64,000 bases of DNA, from NCBI RefSeq assembly GCF_009914755.1, contig NC_060948.1; one strand, written 5' to 3'. Below the pieces are notes generated by a model, which was given only the letters and a program-made list of their open reading frames with translations, was not told where the DNA came from and did no database searches. The position numbers and the translations under genes are program-made. This DNA is from the human T2T-CHM13v2.0 reference genome, Homo sapiens. Positions 1 through 10,778 of the stretch are shown here, in pieces (position 1 is the first letter of the stretch; every line of letters starts with the position of its first letter).

Positions 1-1020
1 GAATCGAATGGAATGGAATTGAATGGAACGGAATAGAGTCGAATGGAATTGAATGGAATGGAATGGACTAGAGTGAAATGGAATCGAACCACAAGGAATG
101 GACAGGAATAGAATGGTCTCGAATTGAATGGAATCGTATGGAATGGCATCAAACGGAATGGAATGGACAGCCACGGAATGGAATGCACTCGAATGCAATG
201 GAGTCGAAACTAATGGACTGGAATAGAATGGACTCGACTGGTACGGACTCCAATGGAATGGAATCGAATGGAAGGGAATCGAACGGAATGGAATCGAACG
301 GAATGGACTCGAAGGGAAAAGACTGCAATGGAAAGGTCTCGAATGGAATGGAAATTAATGGAATGGAATGGAATCGAATGAAATGGAGTCAAAAGGAATG
401 GAATCGAATGGCAAGAAATCGAATGTAATGGAATCGCCAGGAATTGATGTGAACGGAACGGAATGGAATGGAATCCAAAGGAATGGAATAGAATGGAATG
501 GAATCGAATGGAAAGGACTCCAATGGAAATCACTCGAATAGAATGCAATTTAATAAAATAGGATCAAATGTAATGGAATGGAATGGAAAGGAATCGAAAC
601 GAAAGGAATGGAGACAGATGGAATGGAATGGAACAGAGAGCAATGGTATAGAATGGAATGGAATCATCTGGAATGGAATTGAATGGAATGGAATAATATG
701 AAATGGAATGGAATGGAATGGAATGGAATGCCCTTGAATTAAATGGACTGGAATGGAATGGACTCAAACAGAGTGGAATGGAAAGTGTTGAGATAGAATG
801 GAATGAACTTCTTTGGAATGGTCTAGTAGGCAATGCAATCGACTGGCAGGGAATCAAAAGGAATGTAATCGAATAGATTGGACTGGAATGCAATGGACTC
901 GAATAGATTGGAAACGGAATGCAAAGGAATGGAATGGAATAGTATGGAATGGAATGGAAAGGAATGGAGTGGAATAGACTAGAGTGGAATGGAATGGACT
1001 GGAAAGCAATGGACTGGAAT

Positions 1021-1035
1021 GGAACTTTCTTGAAT
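1021..1035. promoter_or_regulatory. Perfect heat-shock-element motif HSE-a (GGAAC TTTCT TGAAT); recurs per unit
   Basis: Matches nGAAn-nTTCn-nGAAn; function not shown by sequence alone. Disrupted in U3-U5, U15 and U18 (TGGAT) and in U16 (GGATC). Confidence 0.5.
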
Positions 1036-2483
1036 GGACTGGAATCAAACGGAATGGAATGCAATGCAATCAAATGGCATGGAATAAAATAGAATGAAAG
1101 AGAATCAAATGGAATTGAATCGAATGGAATCGAATGGATTGGAAAGGAATAGAATGGAATGGAATGGAATTGACTCAAATGGAATGGACTAGAATGGAAT
1201 GGATTCGAATGGAAGGCAAAGGAATGGAATCTATTGGAATGGACTGTAATGGAATGGAATGGAAGGGATTGGAATGGACTCGAATGGAATGGACTGCAAT
1301 AGAAAGGATTCGAATGGAATGAAAAAGAATTGAATGGAATAGAACAGAATGGAATCTAATCGAATGAAATGGAATGGAATAGAAAGGAATGGAATGAAAT
1401 GGAATGAAAAGGATTCGAATGGAATGCAATCGAATGGAATGGAATCGAACGGAATGGAATAAAATGGAAGAAAACTGGCAAGAAATGGAATCGAAATGAA
1501 TGGAGTGTTATGGAACGGACTCAAAAGGAATTGAATGTAATAGAATGGAGTGGAGTGGACTCGAATATAATGGACTGGAATGGAATGAAATCACATGGAA
1601 TGGGAACGAATGGAATGGAATGGAAAGGAATGGAATCGAATGGAAAGGAATCGAATGGAAGGGAATGAAATTGAATCAACAGGAATGGAAGGGAATAGAA
1701 TAGACGGTAATGGAATGGACTCGAATAGAATGGACACGAATGCTCAAATTGAATGGACTCGAATGGAATGGAAACGAAAGGAATGTCATCGAATGGAATT
1801 GAATCGATTGGAATGAAATCGCATAGAATGGAGTGGAATCAAATGGAATTGAATCGAAAGGAAAGGAAGCGAATGGACTGAAATGAAATGGAATGGAATT
1901 GAATGGAAAGTAATGCAATGGAATAGAATGGAACGAAATTTCACGGAATGGAATCAAACTGAATGGAATCAAATCAATGGAATCAAATCAAATGGAATGG
2001 AAAGGAATTGAATGGAGTAGATTGGATTGGATGGGATTGGAATGAAATGTACTGGAAAGGACTCGAATTTCATGAAACGGAATGGAATGAATTGGAACGG
2101 AATGGACTCGAATGGAATGGAATGTCATGGAATGGCATCAAATGGAATGGCATCAAATGGAATGGAATCGAATGCAATGGAATGCTATGGAATGGAATGG
2201 AATGCATTGGAATGGAATGTCCTCTAATGGAATGGATTCGAGTGGAATGGAATCGAATATAATGGAGTCGAATGAAATGGAATTGAAAGGAATGGGATCG
2301 AATACAATGGAATATACTGGAATGTAATGTAATGAACTCGAATGTAATTGGCTGGAATGGAATGTAATCGAATGGAAAGTAATCCAATGGAATAGAATCT
2401 AATGCAATAAAATCGACTCAGATAGAGTAGAATGTAATGGAATGGAGTGCAGTGCAATGGAATGGAATGGAATGGAATGCAAT

Positions 2484-2528
2484 GGAATGGAATGGAATGG
2501 AATGGAATGGAATGGAATGGAATGGAAT
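2484..2528 (+). repeat. Pure (GGAAT)n microsatellite tract, length-variable between units (9 copies in U1)
   Basis: Lies between GCAAT and GGGAT-GGAAT-GGTAT; 4 to 11 pentamers across U1-U18. Confidence 0.9.
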
Positions 2529-2757
2529 GGGATGGAATGGTATGGAATGGATAGTAATGGACTGGAATGAAATGGACTGGAAAAGAATGGACTCAAATTG
2601 AAAGGGCTCGAAAGGAATGGAGTCAAATGGAATGGTCTGGAAAGGAATGAACACGAATGTAATGCAATCCAATAGAATGGAATCAAATGGCATGGAATAT
2701 AAAGAAATGGAATCGAAGAGAATGGAAACAAATGGAATGGAATTGAATGGAATGGAA

Positions 2758-2911
2758 TTGAATGGAATGGGAACGAATGGAGTGAAATTCTATGTAGTAG
2801 AAGAGAATAGAATGGAATGCAAGCGAAAGGAAAGGAATGGATTGGAATGGAATGGAATTCATTGGAATGGAAGGGAATGTAGTGTAATGGACAGGCCTGG
2901 AATAAAGTGGA
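2758..2911. other. Diagnostic DYZ1 segment with the per-unit EcoRI (GAATTC 2855-2860) and HaeIII/StuI (AGGCCT 2893-2898) sites; recurs once in every unit
   Basis: Bounded by TTGAATGGAATGGGAACGAATGG (2758-2780) and GGACAGGCCTGGAATAAAGTGGA (2889-2911), 154 bp overall. From memory these match the classical Y1.2/Y1.1 DYZ1 sexing PCR primers. Confidence 0.85.
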
Positions 2912-3268
2912 ATGCTACGGTCTCGAATGGAATAAAAATGTATGGAATGGAATGCAATGAAACGGAATCGAATGTCATAGAATGTAATGGAATGCAAAAA
3001 AATGGAATCCAAAATCATTGACTGGAAAGGCTGGGTGTCGAAAGGAATTGACTCCAATGGAATGGAATCGAATGGAATGGAAGTGAATAGAATCGAACTA
3101 AATCGAATGGAATGGAATTGATAGGAACGGAATGGAAAGGAATGCAATGATTTGGCATGGAATGGAATCGAATGGCATCGAATGGAATGGAATGGAATGC
3201 AATGGAATGGAATGTATTAGAATGTAATGAACTTTAATGGAATGTACTCGAATGGATTCGACTGGAAT

Positions 3269-3283
3269 GGAATGTTCTGGAAG
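3269..3283. promoter_or_regulatory. Perfect heat-shock-element motif HSE-b (GGAAT GTTCT GGAAG); recurs per unit
   Basis: Matches nGAAn-nTTCn-nGAAn; intact in all units except U9 (GATCT at ~31725). Confidence 0.55.
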
Positions 3284-3548
3284 TGAATGGACTCCAATGG
3301 AATGGATTCAAAAGGAATGGAATCGTACGGAATGGAATCTAATGGAATGGAATTAAATGGAAATGAATCAAATTGAATAGCACGGAATTGAATTGAATGG
3401 AAAGGAATGCAATGGAATCTAATGAAACGGAAAGGAAAGGAATGGAATGGAATGGAATGGACTGGAATGGAAAGGAATCGAAACGAATGGAATGGAATCG
3501 AACTGAAGAGACTGGAATGGAATGCACTGGAATGGAAGGGAGTGTAAT

Positions 3549-3563
3549 GGAAGGTTCTCGAAA
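3549..3563. promoter_or_regulatory. Perfect heat-shock-element motif HSE-c (GGAAG GTTCT CGAAA); recurs per unit
   Basis: Matches nGAAn-nTTCn-nGAAn; intact in U1-U17. Confidence 0.55.
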
Positions 3564-3646
3564 AAAATGGAATCGAATGGAATGGAATTGAATGGAACGG
3601 AATAGAGTCGAATGGAATTGAATGGAATGGAATGGACTAGAGTGAA

Positions 3647-6600
3647 ATGGAATCGAACCACAAGGAATGGACAGGAATAGAATGGTCTCGAATTGAATGG
3701 AATCGTATGGAATGGCATCAAACGGAATGGAATGGACAGCCACGGAATGGAATGCACTCGAATGCAATGGAGTCGAAACTAATGGACTGGAATAGAATGG
3801 ACTCGACTGGTACGGACTCCAATGGAATGGAATCGAATGGAAGGGAATCGAACGGAAGGGAATCGAACGGAATGGACTCGAAGGGAAAAGACTGCAATGG
3901 AAAGGTCTCGAATGGAATGGAAATTAATGGAATGGAATGGAATCGAATGAAATGGAGTCAAAAGGAATGGAATCGAATGGCAAGAAATCGAATGTAATGG
4001 AATCGCAAGGAATTGATGTGAACGGAACGGAATGGAATGGAATCCAAAGGAATGGAATAGAATGGAATGGAATCGAATGGAAAGGACTCCAATGGAAATC
4101 ACTCGAATAGAATGCAATTTAATAAAATAGGATCAAATGTAATGGAATGGAATGGAAAGGAATCGAAACGAAAGGAATGGAGACAGATGGAATGGAATGG
4201 AACAGAGAGCAATGGTATAGAATGGAATGGAATCATCTGGAATGGAATTGAATGGAATGGAATAATATGAAATGGAATGGAATGGAATGGAATGGAATGC
4301 CCTTGAATTAAATGGACTGGAATGGAATGGACTCAAACAGAGTGGAATGGAAAGTGTTGAGATAGAATGGAATGAACTTCTTTGGAATGGTCTAGTAGGC
4401 AATGCAATCGACTGGCAGGGAATCAAAAGGAATGTAATCGAATAGATTGGACTGGAATGCAATGGACTCGAATAGATTGGAAACGGAATGCAAAGGAATG
4501 GAATGGAATAGTATGGAATGGAATGGAAAGGAATGGAGTGGAATAGACTAGAGTGGAATGGAATGGACTGGAAAGCAATGGACTGGAATGGAACTTTCTT
4601 GAATGGACTGGAATCAAACGGAATGGAATTCAATGCAATCAAATGGCATGGAATAAAATAGAATGAAAGAGAATCAAATGGAATTGAATCGAATGGAATC
4701 GAATGGATTGGAAAGGAATAGAATGGAATGGAATGGAATTGACTCAAATGGAATGGACTAGAATGGAATGGATTCGAATGGAAGGCAAAGGAATGGAATC
4801 TATTGGAATGGACTGTAATGGAATGGAATGGAAGGGATTGGAATGGACTCGAATGGAATGGACTGCAATAGAAAGGATTCGAATGGAATGAAAAAGAATT
4901 GAATGGAATAGAACAGAATGGAATCTAATCGAATGAAATGGAATGGAATAGAAAGGAATGGAATGAAATGGAATGAAAAGGATTCGAATGGAATGCAATC
5001 GAATGGAATGGAATCGAACGGAATGGAATAAAATGGAAGAAAACTGGCAAGAAATGGAATCGAAATGAATGGAGTGTTATGGAACGGACTCAAAAGGAAT
5101 TGAATGTAATAGAATGGAGTGGAGTGGACTCGAATATAATGGACTGGAATGGAATGAAATCACATGGAATGGGAACGAATGGAATGGAATGGAAAGGAAT
5201 GGAATCGAATGGAAAGGAATCGAATGGAAGGGAATGAAATTGAATCAACAGGAATGGAAGGGAATAGAATAGACGGTAATGGAATGGACTCGAATAGAAT
5301 GGACACGAATGCTCAAATTGAATGGACTCGAATGGAATGGAAACGAAAGGAATGTCATCGAATGGAATTGAATCGATTGGAATGAAATCGCATAGAATGG
5401 AGTGGAATCAAATGGAATTGAATCGAAAGGAAAGGAAGCGAATGGACTGAAATGAAATGGAATGGAATTGAATGGAAAGTAATGCAATGGAATAGAATGG
5501 AACGAAATTTCACGGAATGGAATCAAACTGAATGGAATCAAATCAATGGAATCAAATCAAATGGAATGGAAAGGAATTGAATGGAGTAGATTGGATTGGA
5601 TGGGATTGGAATGAAATGTACTGGAAAGGACTCGAATTTCATGAAACGGAATGGAATGAATTGGAACGGAATGGACTCGAATGGAATGGAATGTCATGGA
5701 ATGGCATCAAATGGAATGGCATCAAATGGAATGGAATCGAATGCAATGGAATGCTATGGAATGGAATGGAATGCATTGGAATGGAATGTCCTCTAATGGA
5801 ATGGATTCGAGTGGAATGGAATCGAATATAATGGAGTCGAATGAAATGGAATTGAAAGGAATGGGATCGAATACAATGGAATATACTGGAATGTAATGTA
5901 ATGAACTCGAATGTAATTGACTGGAATGGAATGTAATCGAATGGAAAGTAATCCAATGGAATAGAATCTAATGCAATAAAATCGACTCAGATAGAGTAGA
6001 ATGTAATGGAATGGAGTGCAGTGCAATGGAATGGAATGGAATGGAATGCAATGGAATGGAATGGAATGGAATGGAATGGAATGGAATGGAATGGAATGGA
6101 ATGGAATGGGATGGAATGGTATGGAATGGATAGTAATGGACTGGAATGAAATGGACTGGAAAAGAATGGACTCAAATTGAAAGGGCTCGAAAGGAATGGA
6201 GTCAAATGGAATTGTCTGGAATGGAATGAACACGAATGTAATGCAATCCAATAGAATGGAATCGAATGGCATGTAATATAAAGAAATGGAATCGAAGAGA
6301 ATGGAAACAAATGGAATGGAATTGAATGGAATGGAATTGAATGGAATGGGAACGAATGGAGTGAAATTGTATGCAGTAGAAGAGAATAGAATGGAATGCA
6401 AGCGAAAGGAAAGGAATGGATTGCAATGGAATGGAATTCATTGGAATGGAAGGGAATGTAGTGTAATGGACAGGCCTGGAATAAAGTGGAATGCTACGGT
6501 CTCGAATGGAATAAAAATGTATGGAATGGAATGCAATGAAACGGAATCGAATGTCATAGAATGTAATGGAATGCAAAAAAATGGACTCCAAAATCATTGA

Positions 6601-7224
6601 CTGGAAAGGCTGGGGGTCGAAAGGAATTGACTGCAATGGAATGGAATCGAATGGAATGGAAGTGAATAGAATCGAACTAAATCGAATGGAATGGAATTGA
6701 TAGGAACGGAATGGAAAGGAATGCAATGATTTGGCATGGAATGGAATCGAATGGCATCAAATGGAATGGAATGGAATGCAATGGAATGGAATGTATTAGA
6801 ATGTAATGAACATTAATGGAATGTACTCGAATGGATTCGACTGGAATGGAATGTTCTGGAAGTGAATGGACTCCAATGGAATGGATTCGAAAGGAATGGA
6901 ATCGAACGGAATGGAATCTAATGGAATGGAATTAAATGGAAATGAATCAAATTGAATAGCACGGAATTGAATTGAATGGAATCGAATGCAATGGAATCTA
7001 ATGAAACGGAAAGGAAAGAATGGAATGGAATGGAATGGGCTGGAATGGAAAGGAATCGAAACGAATGGAATGGAATCGAACTGAAGAGACTGGAATGGAA
7101 TGCACTGGAATGGAAGGGAGTGTAATGGAAGGTTCTCGAAAAAAATGGAATCGAATGGAATGGAATTGAATGGAACGGAATAGAGTCGCATGGAATTGAA
7201 TGGAGTGGAATGGACTAGAGTGAA
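3647..7224 (+). repeat. DYZ1 unit U2 (3578 bp)
   Basis: Sister of U1 over the first ~2.4 kb; pure tract n=11; 1-bp deletion near 7018. Confidence 0.93.
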
Positions 7225-10200
7225 ATGGAATCGAACGAAAAGGAATGGACAGGAATGGAATGGTCTCGAATTGAATGGAATCGTATGGAATGGCATCAAA
7301 CGGAATGGAATGGACAGCCACGGAATGGAATGCACTCGAATGCAATGGAGTCGAAACTAATGGACTGGAATAGAATGGACTCGACTGGTATGGACTCCAA
7401 TGGAATGGAATCGAATGGAAGGGAATCGAACGGAATGGACTCGAAGGGAAAAGACTGCAATGGAAAGGTCTCGAATGGAATGGAAATTAATGGAATGGAA
7501 TGGAATCGAATGAAATGGAGTCAAAAGGAATGGAATCGAATGGCAAGAAATCGAATGTAATGGAATCGCAAGGAATTGATGTGAACGGAACGGAATGGAA
7601 TGGAATCCAAAGGAATGGAATAGAATGGAATGGAATCGAATGGAAAGGACTCGAATGGAAATCACTCGAATAGAATGAAATTTAATAAAATAGGATCAAA
7701 TGTAATAGAATGGAATGGAAAGGAATCGAAACGGAAGGAATGGAGACAGATGGAATGGAATGGAACAGAGAGCAATGGTATAGAATGGAATGGAATCATC
7801 TGGAATGGAATTGAATGGAATGGAATAATATGAAATGGAATGGAATGGAATGGAATGGAATGGAATGCCCTTGAATTAAATGGACTGGACTCGAACAGAG
7901 TGGAATGGAAAGTGTTGAGATAGAATGGAATGGACTCCTTTGGAATGGTGTAGTATGCAATGCAATCGACTGGCAGGGAATCAAAAGGAATGTAATCGAA
8001 TGGATTGGACTGGAATGCAATGGACTCGAATAGATTGGAAACGGAATGCAAAGGAATGGAATGGAATAGTATGGAATGCAATGGAAGGGAATGGAGTGGA
8101 ATAGACTAGAGTGGAATGGAATGGACTGGAAAGCAATGGACTGGAATGGAACTTTCTTGGATGGACTGGAATCAAACGGAATGGAATGCAATGCAATCAA
8201 ATGGCATGGAATAAAATAGAATGAAAGAGAATCAAATGGAATTGAATCGAATGGAATCGAATGGATTGGAAAGGAATAGAATGGAATGGAATGGAATTGA
8301 CTCAAATGGAATGGACTAGAATGGAATGGATTCGAATGGAAGGCAAAGGAATGGAATCTATTGGAATGGACTGTAATGGAATGGAATGGAAGGGATTGGA
8401 ATGGACTCGAATGGAATGGACTGCAATAGAAAGGATTCGAATGGAATGAAAAAGAATTGAATGGAATAGAACAGAATGGAATCAAATCGAATGGAATGGA
8501 ATGGAATAGAAAGGAATGGAATGAAATGGAATGGAAAGGATTCGAATGGAATGCAATCGAATGGAATGGAATCGAACGGAATGGAATAAAATGGAAGAAA
8601 ACTGGCAAGAAATGGAATCGAAATGAATGGAGTGTTATGGAATGGACTCAAAAGGAATTGAATGTAATAGAATGGAGTGGAGTGGACTCGAATATAATGG
8701 ACTGGAATGGAATGAAATCACATGGAATGGGAACGAATGGAATGGAATGGAAAGGAATGGAATCGAATGGAAAGGAATCGAATGGAAGGGAATGAAATTG
8801 AATCAACAGGAATGGGAGGGAATAGAATAGACTGTAATGGAATGGACTCGAATAGAATGGACACGAATGCTCAAATTAAATTGACTCGAATGGAATGGAA
8901 ACGAAAGGAATGTCATCGAATGGAATTGAATCGATTGGAATGAAATCGCATAGAATGGAGTGGAATCAAATGGAATTGAATCGAAAGGAAAGGAAGCGAA
9001 TGGACTGAAATGAAATGGAATGGAATTGAATGGAAAGTAATGCAATGGAATAGAATGGAACGAAATTTCACGGAATGGAATCAAACTGAATGGAATCAAA
9101 TCAATGGAATCAAATCAAATGGAATTGAAAGGAATTGAATGGAGTAGATGGGATTGGATGGGATTGGAATGAAATGTACTGGAAAGGACTCGAATTTCAT
9201 GAAACGGAATGGAATGAATTGGAAAGGAATGGACTCGAATGGAATGGAATGTCATGGAATGGCATCAAATGGAATGGCATCAAATGGAATGGAATCGAAT
9301 GCAATGGAATGCTGTGGAATGGAATGGAATGCATTGGAATGGAATGTCCTCTAATGGAATGGATTCGAGTGGAATGGAATTGAATATAATGGAGTCGAAT
9401 GAAATGGAATTGAAAGGAATGGGATCGAATACAATGGAATATACTGGAATGTAACGTAATGAACTCGAATGTAATTGACTGGAATGGAATGTACATGAAT
9501 GGAATGTAATCGAATGGAAAGTAGTCCAATGGAATAGAATCTAATGCAATAAAATCGACTCAGATAGAGTAGAATGTAATGGAATGGAGTGCAGTGCAAT
9601 GGAATGGAATGGAATGGAATGCAATGGAATGGAATGGAATGGAATGGAATGGAATGGAATGGGATGGAATGGTATGGAATGGATAGTAATGGACTGGAGT
9701 GAAATGGACTGGAAAGGAATGGACTCAAATTGAAAGGTCTCGAAAGGAATGGAGTCAAATGGAATGGTCTGGAATGGAATGAACACGAATGTAATGCAAT
9801 CCAATAGAATGGAATCGAATGGCATGGAATATAAAGAAATGGAATCGAAGAGAATGGAAACAAATGGAATGAAATTGAATGGAATGGAATTGAATGGAAT
9901 GTGAACGAATGGAGTGAAATTGTATGCAGTAGAAGAGAATAGAATGGAATGCAAGCGAAAGGAAAGGAATGGATTGGAATGGAATGGAATTCATTGGAAT
10001 GGAAGGGAATGTAGTGTAATGGACAGGCCTGGAATAAAGTGGAATGCTACGGTCTCGAATGGAATAAAAATGTATGGAATGGAATGCAATGAAACGGAAT
10101 CGAATGTCATAGAATGTAATGGAATGCAAAAAAATGGAATCCAAAATCATTGAATGGAAAGGCTGGGTGTCGAAAGGAATTGACTCCAATGGAATGGAAT

Positions 10201-10778
10201 CGAATGGAATGGAAGTGAATAGAATCGAACTAAATCGAATGGAATGGAATTGATAGGAACGGAATGGAAAGGATTGCAATGATTTGGCATGGAATGGAAT
10301 CGAATGGCATCGAATGGAATGGAATGGAATGCAATGGAATGGAATGTATTAGAATGTAATGAACTTTAATGGAATGTACTCGAATGGATTCGACTGGAAT
10401 GGAATGTTCTGGAAGTGAATGGACTCCAATGGAATGGATTCAAAAGGAATGGAATCGTACGGAATGGAATCTAATGGAATGGAATTAAATGGAAATGAAT
10501 CAAATTGAATAGCACGGAATTGAATTGAATGGAATGGAATGCAATGGAATCTAATGAAACGGAAAGGAAAGGAATGGAATGGAATGGAATGGGCTGGAAT
10601 GGAAAGGAATCGAAACGAATGGAATGGAATCGAAGTGAAGAGACTGGAATGGTATGCACTGGAATGGAAGGGAGTGTAATGGAAGGTTCTCGAAAAAAAT
10701 GGAATCGAATGGAATGGAATTGAATGGAACGGAATAGAGTCGAATGGAATTGAATGGAATGGAATGGACTAGAGTGAA
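7225..10778 (+). repeat. DYZ1 unit U3 (3554 bp)
   Basis: 10-bp deletion (GGACTGGACTCGAAC at ~7882) and one extra GGAAT before GCCCT; tract n=7. Confidence 0.93.

Larger units (their letters stand above)
78..3646 (+). repeat. DYZ1 unit U1 (3569 bp)
   Basis: Landmark-to-landmark spacing; 15-bp duplication at ~275-304; lacks the GTACATGAATGGAAT segment; pure tract n=9. Confidence 0.93.

Noticed and set aside
2064-2078. CGAATTTCATGAAAC as a fourth heat-shock element
   Set aside because: The TTC is one base out of register with the upstream GAA, so it is not a canonical nGAAn-nTTCn-nGAAn.
552-2936. Several AATAAA hexamers per unit (e.g. ~552, 1083, 1458, 2406, 2901, 2931) as polyadenylation signals
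   Set aside because: They arise easily from GGAAT-AAAAT variants. DYZ1-derived transcripts have been reported, but nothing in the sequence singles out a functional site.
78-3646. Ancient internal sub-repeat (~1.8 kb half-unit) suggested by recurring words such as GACTAGAGTG, GGAATTGACTC and GAAAGGAATCGAAACGAA
   Set aside because: Spacings between the recurring words are inconsistent and I could not establish colinearity by eye; a rare-k-mer self-alignment of the consensus would be needed.
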